Positions 32,262 through 42,667 of a stretch of 64,000 bases of DNA are shown piece after piece. Below the pieces are notes generated by a model. That model had not been told where the DNA came from, made no database searches, and saw only the letters and a list, made by a program, of their open reading frames with translations. The position numbers and the translations under genes were made by a program. Within the stretch, counting starts at the first letter, position 1. Every line of letters begins with the position of its first letter. Origin of the DNA: Microcoleus sp. GTDB lineage: Bacteria; Cyanobacteriota; Cyanobacteriia; Cyanobacteriales; Microcoleaceae. Where the stretch lies: assembly GCA_052279835.1 (NCBI GenBank), contig CP181291.1, forward strand, positions 4,512,001-4,576,000. The letters are read 5' to 3'.

Positions 32262-32330
32262 GAAAGCAACCTGATAACTACCGGTCGATGTATTTATGAC
32301 AATTATAAATAACAGTAAAAAGTGAGTTTT

Positions 32331-35306
32331 ATGATTAACGTTCTGAAAAATTGGCAAGAAATCGGTGACGCAACTCTCAGTCTACAGCGCAAAGGTCTCC
32401 CAACACACTCGGACACTCGGAAAAATTGGGACTTGTCCCTACTTTACCAAACTCTTGCCTCGGAAAATAGGAAGTCTCGAATTGTCGATCTTGGATGTAG
32501 TCCCGGTTGTACTCTGGTTTTGTTGATTAGCCTTGGATTCACAAACCTATATGGCATAGATTTCGATCTAGAATTCATTGGAGGTAGAAATTTCCCAGCT
32601 AATCTTTATAAGGGGGATCTTACAGATACCACTTTTGAGAGCGATTTTTTTGACGTAGCAATTAGTATTTCTGTGGTTGAACATGGCGTAGATTTAAAAG
32701 ACTTATTTAAGGAAGTTAACAGAATTCTTAAAAACGATGGATTACTATTTTTGACGACTGATTATTGGGCAGAAAAACAGGACGTTGGGGAAATAAATCC
32801 TCTGGGATTGCCCTGGAAAGTATTTTCGGAAGCAGATATACAAAAGTTAATTGACATAGCTCAAGATTATGGGTTTTGCTTAAACGAGGACATAAATATT
32901 CCGAGCTGTTCAGAGCGGACTATTATTTGGCAAGGGATAGAATACACATTTATTGCTTTGATATTCAAAAAGAAAGAAACAGTTTATCAAAAAAGCCTAG
33001 ATAAAGTTGACGAAAGTGTATCTTTAGTTGAAGGTTCAATCGGATTAACCGAAACAGAAAGTCTTGCTGATAGAGCAACAAAATCTCTCTTGTCTACCGT
33101 TCGATTGTCCTGTGAAAACTATCATAAAAATCTCGATGAAAATTCTGCACTACAAGATTTGCGTTTGACTAGGAAAAAAGTTGCAGATTCTTGGCTGAAT
33201 TTAGCAGAAGGTGAACTTGAAAGCGCTTACTTGGAAGAATTGGGAGAAGCGCATCGAATCTTGATGAAGAGCGGGATTAAAAATGAACAATTTACAGATA
33301 CAGAACAGAGGTTTGTATATGAGTTAGCAGCAGAGGTTTCCAAAGGATTTGATACTCCGAAAGCTATCGCTTACTTGCTAGCAGCTATGCTGTATCGGTC
33401 TGCTGCTCAGTTACCGTTGCAGCATGATATTCTGCGGATTCCCCAATGGTTGCTCAATAACTATCTGACATTCATGTTTGAGTCTCCAGCTTTATTTCAG
33501 GAAGTTGGAGACGCAGATAGTTACTACCACTACGCAACAAAATGGGTAGATTACCTCCACGAGAACATTTTCAGCAACCAAGAATCACAAATCTGGCAGA
33601 ATGTGGCTGTTTGTTTTTATCAAAATGCTAACTTCATTCCGGTTTACTTTAATAATCAGAATCTGAAAAATATCTGTAAAAAGCGTGCTGAGATACTGGA
33701 ATTTGTTTTACAAATTGGTGGACACCAAATTGATTGGGATTTTCCTGAGAGGTTGCCCGAAAGAAACAAGATTCGTCTAGGAATTTTGGCAGCCCATTTT
33801 CAGCCACAGACAGAAACTTTTGCCACATTGCCCGTCTACAAGCACCTAAATAGAGATTTATTTGAAATTATTCTCTACACGGTACAGGCAGGGAATCATC
33901 GACTAGAGCGATACTGCGGTGGTCACGCTGATGCTATGGTTTTGCTGCCACAAGATTTGCCGAGTCAAGTTCAAACTATTCGGGATGGAGACCTTGATGT
34001 TATTCTGATTGCCACCAACGTTACAGCAGGGGCTAATTCCATAGCCTTGCTGGCTTTGCATCGGCTGGCGCGGATACAGATTGCTAATGTGTGTTCCTGC
34101 ATCACAACTGGGATGCGTCATGTAGATTACTATGTTTCAGGCTTATTTAGTGAGCCAGAAAATGATGCTCAGCAGCATTATACTGAGACTCTACTTACAT
34201 TAGATGGGTCGGCTCACTGTTATGATTTTGCGACAGAGGAACAGCTTGCAGCTACCATCAGCGTTAATAGAGAAAATTTAGGGATTGCTGAAGATGCTGT
34301 AGTTTATATTTCTGGTTCTAATTTTTACAAAATTACTCCTGAAGTGGAAGCAGTTTGGACAAAGATAGTTGCTAGTACACCTAACTCAAAGTTGGTTCTT
34401 TATCCATTTAATCCTAACTGGTCTTCAAATTATGCAGTTGCAGCTTTTCGGAAGCGTTTAGCTGCTAGTTTTGCCCAGTATGGTTTGAGCCAAGAGCAGT
34501 TAATCATTCTTGATTGTGTGCCGAACCGCGCTGATGTACTACAACGTTTGAAACTGGGTGATGTTTATTTAGATTCTTATCCATTTGCTGGTGCAACATC
34601 GTTGCTAGATCCCTTAATGATTGGTCTGCCAACAGTTGCTATGGGAGGCAGCACTTTTAGGTCTAGGGTAGGATTGGCGCTGTTGAAAGAACTGCAACTG
34701 GATGAGTCGATCGCAGAAAATGAAGAGTCATATATCGAGTTGGCGATCGCACTTGGGACAAATCGTGAATTGCGCCAACAAAATAGCAATTTAATCCAGC
34801 AGCGAATGCAGAGTAATCCGAAATTTTTAGACAGCCGTACTTACTCGGCTCAAATGGGAACTCTGTTTCAACAAGTATTCCGATCGCAACAAGCAACTGT
34901 TTTGACTGAAAACCTTAACTTAAGAGCGATCAACCTGATTATTTTCCCAGATTGGAGTCAATCGGAAGATACTTTATTTCAAGAGTTGACGAAGGCGATC
35001 GGGGCGATCGCAAATCACTCAGACAAAAGTAAGATGACTTTGCTGGTAGACACGAGCAATATTTCTGAGGAAGATGCCAATCTCGCTTTGTCTGGCGTAG
35101 CGATGAATCTTTTGATAGAACAAGATTTAGATGTTTCTGATGGGCCGGAAATTACACTTCTGGGACAATTGAGCGAAATTCAGCGGGAAATACTCATCTC
35201 TCGCCTGCAAGGTAGAATTGTGTTAGAGAATGAGAATAGAGATGCGATTGCTCAGGCAAAAGCGGAGAACATAGCCTTATTTGAATTAGACAGCTTAAAA
35301 ATATAA
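32331..35306 (+). CDS. Class I SAM methyltransferase fused to GT41 (SPINDLY/HMW1C-like) glycosyltransferase
   Basis: VDLGCSPG, ISVVEHGVD; KIRLGIL, RLARIQ, DVYLDSYPFAGATS. Confidence 0.82.
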   Translation: MINVLKNWQEIGDATLSLQRKGLPTHSDTRKNWDLSLLYQTLASENRKSRIVDLGCSPGCTLVLLISLGFTNLYGIDFDLEFIGGRNFPANLYKGDLTDTTFESDFFDVAISISVVEHGVDLKDLFKEVNRILKNDGLLFLTTDYWAEKQDVGEINPLGLPWKVFSEADIQKLIDIAQDYGFCLNEDINIPSCSERTIIWQGIEYTFIALIFKKKETVYQKSLDKVDESVSLVEGSIGLTETESLADRATKSLLSTVRLSCENYHKNLDENSALQDLRLTRKKVADSWLNLAEGELESAYLEELGEAHRILMKSGIKNEQFTDTEQRFVYELAAEVSKGFDTPKAIAYLLAAMLYRSAAQLPLQHDILRIPQWLLNNYLTFMFESPALFQEVGDADSYYHYATKWVDYLHENIFSNQESQIWQNVAVCFYQNANFIPVYFNNQNLKNICKKRAEILEFVLQIGGHQIDWDFPERLPERNKIRLGILAAHFQPQTETFATLPVYKHLNRDLFEIILYTVQAGNHRLERYCGGHADAMVLLPQDLPSQVQTIRDGDLDVILIATNVTAGANSIALLALHRLARIQIANVCSCITTGMRHVDYYVSGLFSEPENDAQQHYTETLLTLDGSAHCYDFATEEQLAATISVNRENLGIAEDAVVYISGSNFYKITPEVEAVWTKIVASTPNSKLVLYPFNPNWSSNYAVAAFRKRLAASFAQYGLSQEQLIILDCVPNRADVLQRLKLGDVYLDSYPFAGATSLLDPLMIGLPTVAMGGSTFRSRVGLALLKELQLDESIAENEESYIELAIALGTNRELRQQNSNLIQQRMQSNPKFLDSRTYSAQMGTLFQQVFRSQQATVLTENLNLRAINLIIFPDWSQSEDTLFQELTKAIGAIANHSDKSKMTLLVDTSNISEEDANLALSGVAMNLLIEQDLDVSDGPEITLLGQLSEIQREILISRLQGRIVLENENRDAIAQAKAENIALFELDSLKI

Positions 35307-35494
35307 AATTTAATCCTCTGTTTCCGGTGACATCGCATTTAATTCCAGTTCAACTACTCAAATGTGTTTGTGCAACACCTTGTTGCACAAATTATTTATC
35401 AGAGTATGCTTTAAAGTATAATATACGCAAGATTGGCTTATAGCAATTCCGAAATCTTGAATTCATACCTGTATTCAGCAATGCCCAGGGAAAA

Positions 35495-35926
35495 TTAGAG
35501 TGATTGATAATTAATAACCGTTAAAAACTGATCGACGGTTAAAATTGGGCAATAAAATTTATCTGAAAGGCACAGTAAATCACCATCACCTGTCACCAAA
35601 TAATTAGCCTGACCGACAACAGCTAACAACAAAAAAGGGATATCAAAAGGATCTCGACATTCAGGAACTACAGGCAAAATATCTGGCATCAGCACAGTAT
35701 CACAAAAAGGCAGATAGTCTGACAGTAAATCTTCCTGCTCAGAGTTTGTGAGTTTGAACTTTGGGTAAGTAAGCACCCGAACTAACTCAGAGATAGTAAC
35801 TTCAGAAGCTAAAGGAATAAAGCGATTATTCTGCCATGCAAAGCGCAATCTGGACAGTCGGCCCCCAAACACTAAAGCTGACAACACTAAATTTGTATCA
35901 ATTACCACTCGTGGATGCTCAATCAT
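35495..35926 (-). CDS. PIN-domain toxin (TIGR00305-like)
   Basis: RVVIDTNLVLSAL, CRDPFD, YLVTGDGDLL. Confidence 0.88.
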   Translation of the reverse strand: MIEHPRVVIDTNLVLSALVFGGRLSRLRFAWQNNRFIPLASEVTISELVRVLTYPKFKLTNSEQEDLLSDYLPFCDTVLMPDILPVVPECRDPFDIPFLLLAVVGQANYLVTGDGDLLCLSDKFYCPILTVDQFLTVINYQSL

Positions 35927-36144
35927 CACTGACGCGCCCACTCCACAGCATCAGTAATATCCTGTTCATTCACATTTAACGCTCCTAACTTAGCCCGTAC
36001 AGAATCAGCCCCTTTAATCTTTACTGGAGTCAGAATAATTTGTCCACCTTCTACCTTAACCTCAAAATATTCAGCAGCCCCTATAGCTTGAGCTATACTT
36101 TTAGGTAGAGTAAGCTGATTTTCAGCCGTTAATTTGGCAAGCAT
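35926..36144 (-). CDS. AbrB/MazE-type antitoxin
   Basis: AKLTAENQLTLPK...IILTP; TGATG coupling to the PIN gene. Confidence 0.85.
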   Translation of the reverse strand: MLAKLTAENQLTLPKSIAQAIGAAEYFEVKVEGGQIILTPVKIKGADSVRAKLGALNVNEQDITDAVEWARQ

Positions 36145-36276
36145 AGCAAACTTTCCTATTTAGTTGTGTAAGCTTTGCTTAGTTTAACATATCCTAAATC
36201 ATTCATAGAGATTTGTAGGGGTAGTGCCCCCGTGCCTGCCCCCACATCAATCTGGGGGATTGCCCCTACCTTGTAC

Positions 36277-38514
36277 TTAATGGTTTGATTGGTCAATATA
36301 TATCTGCCACATCTGCTCGTATGCTTTCTCCAACTCCCGCGTAAATTGCTTGCCATTCCAGAGCGGAGCAGTCTGCCGTGACTGCCGCAGTTTCCAGGAT
36401 ATTTGCTGCCGCAAAACTGGATCTTTCCCTAAACGAATTCCCCATTCTACATACTCTTCATCCGTCCACGCAATCCCTTCGGAAATACCAGCATTCATCA
36501 TCATCGTGTAGCTGTTGCGAGCGGCAAACTGTTCTCCAACTCGCGTTACCAGAGGAACACCCATCCACAGCGTTTCCATTGTTGTGGTGGCTCCGTTGTA
36601 GGGGTAAGTATCGAGTACCACATCTGCAATGCCCAAATTAGCTCGGTGTTCGGCCTCCGAGCCAGCCAATCCTAAAAATCGTAGTCGATCGGCTCCCACT
36701 CCCTCTGATTCGGCAACTTCGAGAAAAAACTTTTTGAGTGATTCTTGATCCGCCATACCTTTAATTAAAAAGTAACTATTCGGTACTTCTTTAATTATTT
36801 GCATTTGCAGCCGTGCAGTATTGGGGTGATATTTATATCCCCTCTGAGCGCTAAGATAAATCACAGCATCACTGCCGATATCCAAACTATCGCGCCGGAG
36901 AGTTGGCACCCCAACCTCAAAACCATCGACTGCTATGTAAGCTTGAGGCAAACGCCAGATTTTTTCCGTATAGTAGTCTTGAGCTGATTCTGGTAAAACG
37001 TAAGGATCGGCAATATAGTAATCAATAGTTGGCACACTCGACGCATCCCAACCCAACCAAGTCACCTGAACAGGTGCTGGTTTAAGGGCCATAACTTCAC
37101 AAGAATTACTCAGCGTTATACTATCGAGATCGACTAAAATATCTATTTCATCTTCGTAAATTTTCTCAGCAGTGTCGTGAGTATCTAATCCTAACTTATA
37201 AGCTTTGTCAACTTTGCTAATGTACCAATCTTCTAACTTGTCGCGGCTCATTTCAGAGCCAAGCAGGTAAGCATTTACTTCAAAGCGATCGCGATCGCGG
37301 TACTCAAACACCCACCGAGCCAACCACCCCACAGAATGGCTGCGTAAGCAATGAGACAGATATCCAATCTTCAAACGTTTACTAGGAGGATCAATCTTGA
37401 GAAGCGGCGATCGCCCCTGGCGATATTTCTCCACTTTCTCCTTGGCATAATTTTCAAGATTTAACTGAGTAAGCTGACCTATTTGACTGCGAGTTTTTAT
37501 ATTTTCTTGTGGGATATCCTGAAAGTATGGGAAAAAAAACACAGAAACAAATAAACGAATATTAATACCCTGCATCAGGGATGTCGGTTGCTCCTCTATC
37601 AAAGATGCTAACAGGGATTTCTGTGTTTCTAAGGCTAAACAAAATTCATCCCAATAGCCACCAGCTCCCATCAAACTCCGCATTATTATAAAATTAGCAT
37701 GAACTTTTTGTGCTAAGCCTTCCGTAGCTAAATAGCATAACTTAGCAGTTTCTATTCCTTTGGTATACTCACTACTATCTTGATAAAAAGTAGATAAAGT
37801 ACCTAGTAATTCTGGATCTTCAGGAGACACACGCAAGGCTAACTCTGTGAAGCGTGCTGCTAACTCAACTTGCTTTGCCAAGTAAGAAATCTTATAAACA
37901 AAGGGTATTAACAGCCTCAAAAAAGTTACGGAGTCTTTAACATGGGCTGTACTAGCTTCCGTAAAATCAAAAGATGACGGATAAAAAGGAGCTCTGTCTA
38001 AAACATTCTTCAATACTTGTATCAATAGCTCAAAGTCTACCCCATTCGTTTGTTCTGACTTAAGCAACTCAATCACGCCTATATCTGCCAATTCCTCCCC
38101 AGTATATGTCTCCAGCATGGTGGACAGCCCGATCAAATGCAACAGGTTGTTGATATCTGTAGGATTAATTTCCCTTATATGCTGCCGAATTGCCCAAGCC
38201 ACCTCATAGTCGCCCAGATCCCGCTGTCTATCCGCCTCTGTTTGCAGAACCTGTATTAGTTCCTGACTCCACCGCTCTATTTCTTCCGATTCCCCCTCCG
38301 CCAATCCCAACAGCCAGGTGGTCTGAGCTTCAACCTCTTGTCCCTGCAATAGCAACATCAACCCTAATTGCCAGTAGTGGGACTTGACACTTGGTTCATC
38401 TTCAATTGCTTGTTCGTAGAGCTTTGCAGCCTGAACATAATTTCCTTTAAGCAACAATTGATCGGTTTTTTGCTGCCAGTCTGATTCTACAACCGATAAA
38501 TCACTAGAAACCAT
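36277..38514 (-). CDS. O-linked GlcNAc transferase, SPINDLY/GT41 family
   Basis: TPR-like N-terminus; KIGYLS..HSVGWL, KPAPVQVTWLG, DTYPYNGATT. Confidence 0.9.
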   Translation of the reverse strand: MVSSDLSVVESDWQQKTDQLLLKGNYVQAAKLYEQAIEDEPSVKSHYWQLGLMLLLQGQEVEAQTTWLLGLAEGESEEIERWSQELIQVLQTEADRQRDLGDYEVAWAIRQHIREINPTDINNLLHLIGLSTMLETYTGEELADIGVIELLKSEQTNGVDFELLIQVLKNVLDRAPFYPSSFDFTEASTAHVKDSVTFLRLLIPFVYKISYLAKQVELAARFTELALRVSPEDPELLGTLSTFYQDSSEYTKGIETAKLCYLATEGLAQKVHANFIIMRSLMGAGGYWDEFCLALETQKSLLASLIEEQPTSLMQGINIRLFVSVFFFPYFQDIPQENIKTRSQIGQLTQLNLENYAKEKVEKYRQGRSPLLKIDPPSKRLKIGYLSHCLRSHSVGWLARWVFEYRDRDRFEVNAYLLGSEMSRDKLEDWYISKVDKAYKLGLDTHDTAEKIYEDEIDILVDLDSITLSNSCEVMALKPAPVQVTWLGWDASSVPTIDYYIADPYVLPESAQDYYTEKIWRLPQAYIAVDGFEVGVPTLRRDSLDIGSDAVIYLSAQRGYKYHPNTARLQMQIIKEVPNSYFLIKGMADQESLKKFFLEVAESEGVGADRLRFLGLAGSEAEHRANLGIADVVLDTYPYNGATTTMETLWMGVPLVTRVGEQFAARNSYTMMMNAGISEGIAWTDEEYVEWGIRLGKDPVLRQQISWKLRQSRQTAPLWNGKQFTRELEKAYEQMWQIYIDQSNH

Positions 38515-38556
38515 AGACCAACTTGTTCAAAGCAGTTTTTATAAAATAGATAAGAA

Positions 38557-38581
38557 CGGGTAGCACACAGAGTCCTACCCG
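38557..38581 (-). terminator. Stem-loop after the pilin gene (possible attenuating terminator)
   Basis: cgggtag...ctacccg hairpin followed by a T-rich stretch on the minus strand. Confidence 0.4.
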
Positions 38582-38617
38582 CTCCCGTTAAGAAACAATA
38601 CTTGTTAGGCTAGCCAA

Positions 38618-39136
38618 TTACTTGACAACTTGTGTCATGCCTGTTCCTCCACAGGCGACTTCTGTCGCACCATAAGTAACTGCAGTAGGAACACCAACAC
38701 CAGTAGTCTCGCAAAGTATGCTTTGCGTGGTTTTTGCCTCTCCTGCATCAACTAAACCTACTCCCCCGGCATATCCTTTGAGAGCCTGAATATTAGTGGG
38801 GCCTGCAAGGGCGTCCGCTGAGGATCCGGTAGTTGCTAGACTGTAGGTATAGTTAGTGGTTGCAGTTTTGAGACCGAGACCCAAAGCGGCAACGTCAGAT
38901 CCAAACTTAGTATTCTCTGCGTAGTAAGCCTGCTGACCTTTGTTCATTGAACTGATATACTGTTTGCCTTCAGACTGCTTGGCTTTGTTTGCTTGGTTCA
39001 GGAAGGCTGGCAAAGCAATAGCAGAAAGAATACCGATGATGATGATAACAACCAGTAGTTCAATCAGTGTGAAACCCTGATCCTGTCTTCTTTTGTTGAT
39101 GTGTTGCAGGAACTTGGCTTTAAATTCAGTCTTCAT
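38618..39136 (-). CDS. Type IV pilin (Pilin_GH-like)
   Basis: Prepilin G|FTLIELLVVIIIIGILSAIALP, C-terminal Cys pair, AGGAG RBS. Confidence 0.92.
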   Translation of the reverse strand: MKTEFKAKFLQHINKRRQDQGFTLIELLVVIIIIGILSAIALPAFLNQANKAKQSEGKQYISSMNKGQQAYYAENTKFGSDVAALGLGLKTATTNYTYSLATTGSSADALAGPTNIQALKGYAGGVGLVDAGEAKTTQSILCETTGVGVPTAVTYGATEVACGGTGMTQVVK

Positions 39137-39190
39137 AAGTCTTTTCTCCTTGAGGGGTGGGATGCTCGTTTTCTAACTCTTAGATGTAAC

Positions 39191-39196
39191 TTACCC
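39191..39196 (-). promoter_or_regulatory. Putative SigF-type promoter element GGGTAA upstream of the pilin
   Basis: GGGTAA 55 nt upstream of the ATG; resembles cyanobacterial SigF pilA promoters. Confidence 0.45.
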
Positions 39197-39250
39197 AGTT
39201 AGTGGCGCTTTAATATCACCCCAAATCATTTTTTTTGTCAACTCCTGGCT

Positions 39251-40576
39251 CTAAGGCTCCAAAAGCACATATAGAAAGACTTCTAGCCTAGTCAACAGTT
39301 CCTTGACTTCCTCAAAGGCAGTCTGCTCGCTAACAGGCTCTAGGTTAGCAGCCATCTGGGAGCGGATTTGGAGCCACTGTTCCACGAGGGACACCGCAGA
39401 CTGCGGCCCCTCCCACAGAGGTAGCAAACAAGCCGCCATTGTACTATTGAGTGCCACTGGCGCTAGAGTTGGCACAATAATATAACGGCTAATCTCAAAC
39501 GGCGTCTGGCTGTCAATGCAATTACTCAAGTCTTCCCTCACCTGGGAAGTCCTCAGTTGAGGGTGCAGGTGTACCCGTGCTTCCCGCCAGTCGGCCTCCG
39601 TCCATTCCGCCACGGGCACAAAAGCCTGAGTTCGATTTGGATTGCCGCACCAGAAATCAAACAAACGGTGCAGGGGATGTAACAAGTCAAATAAATGCAG
39701 CCGCTCTTCCACAGAAGCTTCTGGCAGACTCATCGCCAAAAACGGAGGCAAATCATCTGGATTTTTGAACAAATCCATCAACTCCCACCTGCGCCAAGCC
39801 ACCATACTAATAAACTCTAAATCAGCACCTCTCAACATAGCAAACACTTCAGGAATGCTACAACCTTTATCACCCACCAATAAATAGTTAGACATAATCC
39901 ATCCCTCATCCTGCGCGCGATCGGAGTTCCAGGTGAATGCCTTAAGCCCTACTTCATCTTGTAATGCTTCCATAGTCTCCCGGACTATTTCTATTTCCAA
40001 TTCTCCTGGAGATCCATCCATTAATCCCATTGCTTTGAAAACAGCTTGAGCGCGAAATACTCCGGCTCTACCATTTGCACTGTGTAGGTTTGTGCGGATG
40101 ATGCCATCTGGTGTCAAAACTGACTTCATCGCCTGCAATCCAGCAATAGCATCTGGCAAAAGATATAGAACTTCGTCAGCATTGATATAGTCAAACTTTA
40201 ACCCTAAATTTGGTAAATCTTCTATCTTCAAAGCATAAAAATCTGCATTAGCAACCCCATGATATTGCAAACGTTGCTCGGCTAGTTTCACAGATTCTGC
40301 TGATAAATCGATGCCTACTATTTTCGCTCCCGGATTGGCTAGAGCTAACATTAACGATTTATAACCGGTGCCGCATCCCGCATCGAGGATGAGTTTACCA
40401 GAGGTATTGATGACTTTTCTATTTCTGAAGTAGTAAGCAGTTACAAGATTATGCAGGTAGAGCAATTCACTGTTGTCTTTTGGAGATTCTTCCAGCGGAA
40501 TTCTGGGAAAAGGAGTATTGTCGAATTGCTGGCGAATGTTTTCTATTAACTCTAAATTTTCGTGATCCATGTTCAA
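39251..40576 (-). CDS. Class I SAM-dependent methyltransferase
   Basis: ILDAGCGTG, IVGIDLS, FDYIN. Confidence 0.85.
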   Translation of the reverse strand: MNMDHENLELIENIRQQFDNTPFPRIPLEESPKDNSELLYLHNLVTAYYFRNRKVINTSGKLILDAGCGTGYKSLMLALANPGAKIVGIDLSAESVKLAEQRLQYHGVANADFYALKIEDLPNLGLKFDYINADEVLYLLPDAIAGLQAMKSVLTPDGIIRTNLHSANGRAGVFRAQAVFKAMGLMDGSPGELEIEIVRETMEALQDEVGLKAFTWNSDRAQDEGWIMSNYLLVGDKGCSIPEVFAMLRGADLEFISMVAWRRWELMDLFKNPDDLPPFLAMSLPEASVEERLHLFDLLHPLHRLFDFWCGNPNRTQAFVPVAEWTEADWREARVHLHPQLRTSQVREDLSNCIDSQTPFEISRYIIVPTLAPVALNSTMAACLLPLWEGPQSAVSLVEQWLQIRSQMAANLEPVSEQTAFEEVKELLTRLEVFLYVLLEP

Positions 40577-40738
40577 TTATGCTTAATGCTGGCAAATTAT
40601 TCTAGTATCTCAGAAAATATGCGATGTTCCGCCAAGCCGCAACACATAGCAGATTCCAGGTTTATGAAGTACACCGCGCGATCCGCCGTAGGGACACCGC
40701 ACCGTGCCTATTGGTGTCAAATTAAGGTACAACTCATA

Positions 40739-40861
40739 GTCCGGCAAGGGTTGAAACCCCTGCCTCAAAGCGCAAGTCCTCTCAAAGAGGACTGAAAAAC
40801 TCATTAGTCCTCTTTGAGAGGACTTTAGCTATTAGACAGGGGTTTCAACCCCTGACGGACT
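40739..40861. mobile_element. MITE-like nested palindrome
   Basis: agtccg..gggttgaaacccctg..agtcctctcaaagaggact / agtcctctttgagaggact..caggggtttcaaccc..cggact. Confidence 0.75.
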
Positions 40862-40935
40862 CGCGGGCACATAGACAGATTTGGCGGACTGACAGCTTAA
40901 TACGACTCATTTAGGATCGCTCTCCTCCACAAACT

Positions 40936-41613
40936 TTACAATCTTGCCCTCAATTCATCAGCGGATAACTGTGGCATTTCTTCTACCAACACAGTCAATT
41001 CTACCAGGGGCAATTCTAGTAAATTTCTCACTGCCGTAGCGAGAATATCTGCTGATTCATTGAAGTACCTTCTCAATACATATTCCGCCAACAATTTCAC
41101 CGCTTGTTCCTGTCCTGCTTCATCGACACTCAGCATCGATATCGCCAGCAACATCCGAGTAAATTCCGTCGCCGATAACTTGGATAGAGGGGTTAAAAAA
41201 ACGCTCATTTTGGGACTTAACTCTCCGAATTTTCCCGGCAGAAAATCTGATAAAATTAAGCGTTGCTGTTCTTGTCTGCCTCGTTCCAGCCCTTGTTCCA
41301 GCCCTCGTTCTAGCCCTCGTTCTAGCCCTCGTTCTAGCCCTTCTTCCCTAGCTTGTTGCTGTGCTGCTTGTATTTGTTGTTGAAAAAGTGGTGTAATGGC
41401 CATAATTAACTCCCGCTCTTCTGATTCTAATTCTTGTGGGATATCGGTTACTAAATTTGACTGCAACCTATATAATAACTCTAAGGCAGTGAAATAGACA
41501 TCGATTTCTCGGACTTCCGAAGTCACATCACGACTGATATTGACTGTACCGATGGGAGAGAGCATTTCTTCCAGGTATTCTTTGGCAAAGCGATCGTGAA
41601 TGAATCGCGTCAT
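40936..41613 (-). CDS. Rpn/'flagellar assembly protein H'-like PD-(D/E)XK gene with apparent in-frame internal deletion
   Basis: MTRFIHDRFAKEYL...EIDVYFT joined directly to ALELLYRLQ...ERELIM; (GLER)n repeats. Confidence 0.65.
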   Translation of the reverse strand: MTRFIHDRFAKEYLEEMLSPIGTVNISRDVTSEVREIDVYFTALELLYRLQSNLVTDIPQELESEERELIMAITPLFQQQIQAAQQQAREEGLERGLERGLERGLEQGLERGRQEQQRLILSDFLPGKFGELSPKMSVFLTPLSKLSATEFTRMLLAISMLSVDEAGQEQAVKLLAEYVLRRYFNESADILATAVRNLLELPLVELTVLVEEMPQLSADELRARL

Positions 41614-41674
41614 GGAATTTATGATGGATTTTTATCACTGCATTTTATCATCATTTAATTGCTGTGCGATCGCC

Positions 41675-42256
41675 CTAACCAGACATCCCCCTCCTAAACT
41701 CTCTCATCGCTTCCACACTCGAAGCCATCAGCAAGCAGCGACACAGTAAATTAATATCTAAATCTGGCAAAACCACACTCGAAGCAATTTTTTCATAACC
41801 CTCAGCACCCAGGCGATACATAGCCAGTGTACAATCCTCCCAGAACCAGACTTCAGGCACTCCCAATACTCGATAGCGCTGCAATTTTTTAACAGTACCG
41901 CTAGTGAAGACAACCTCTACGGATAAATCGGGAGGAGTTCCAGTTGACCTACCAATAAGATATGATTCATCAGCTTGTGCTGAAGCTTCGCCTTCTGTTT
42001 CTAGAGTACGGCTTCCTGTAGGTTTAAATTCAATGTCTTTGATATCAAAGTAAAGAGCCAAAAGAATAGTGAGGGTACGACTTATTGCTTCGTGTTCTTC
42101 TGAAACTGCCAAGATTTCCACCTCTCCTTTGTAATAAAATAACCTGATGCCAGGTGAGTCAGAAAACCCCTGTTCAATTAGTTTGAACTGTTCCCAGCTA
42201 ATCCCGGAGTGAATGAACCTTTGGTCTAGTGGCTTTAAAAGTGTCTGTGCTATCAT
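41675..42256 (-). CDS. Uma2-family endonuclease
   Basis: ISWEQF, QADESY, PDLSVEV, GVPEVWFW; same subfamily as 30206. Confidence 0.9.
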   Translation of the reverse strand: MIAQTLLKPLDQRFIHSGISWEQFKLIEQGFSDSPGIRLFYYKGEVEILAVSEEHEAISRTLTILLALYFDIKDIEFKPTGSRTLETEGEASAQADESYLIGRSTGTPPDLSVEVVFTSGTVKKLQRYRVLGVPEVWFWEDCTLAMYRLGAEGYEKIASSVVLPDLDINLLCRCLLMASSVEAMREFRRGMSG

Positions 42257-42391
42257 CGGAACCTCAATCAAGCTTCAGCCTTATTGTTATTATCACATTC
42301 AATCAAAACAGTCTAAATTCTACTCCACGCCCAGGGTACAAACTTGCAATAATAGTCTCAATCCCTAATTATAGAACCAACCACCACCTCC

Positions 42392-42580
42392 ATGAACAGC
42401 AACATCAGCCCGATCGTCAAAGTATTTACCCTCTCCGCCGTCCTTTCCGTCGCCATCAAGTACGCAGGGCCTAGCTTATCCATCCCCTCCACGGACTTAA
42501 ATGCCCTAATCGCCGTCCTTTCCCCCAGCCTGATTGTAGCTGCTATTCTGGGCTGGCGGGCATGGCAACAGCCAAGATAG
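42392..42580 (+). CDS. Small two-TM hypothetical protein
   Basis: 62 aa with two hydrophobic helices. Confidence 0.6.
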   Translation: MNSNISPIVKVFTLSAVLSVAIKYAGPSLSIPSTDLNALIAVLSPSLIVAAILGWRAWQQPR

Positions 42581-42667
42581 GGGATTAAGGCCGATCGCCC
42601 CCAAAGACAAGTTAAATTAAGCTAGGAACCTTCCATCCCCACCCAGATAAATGAGACAGACAATCAA

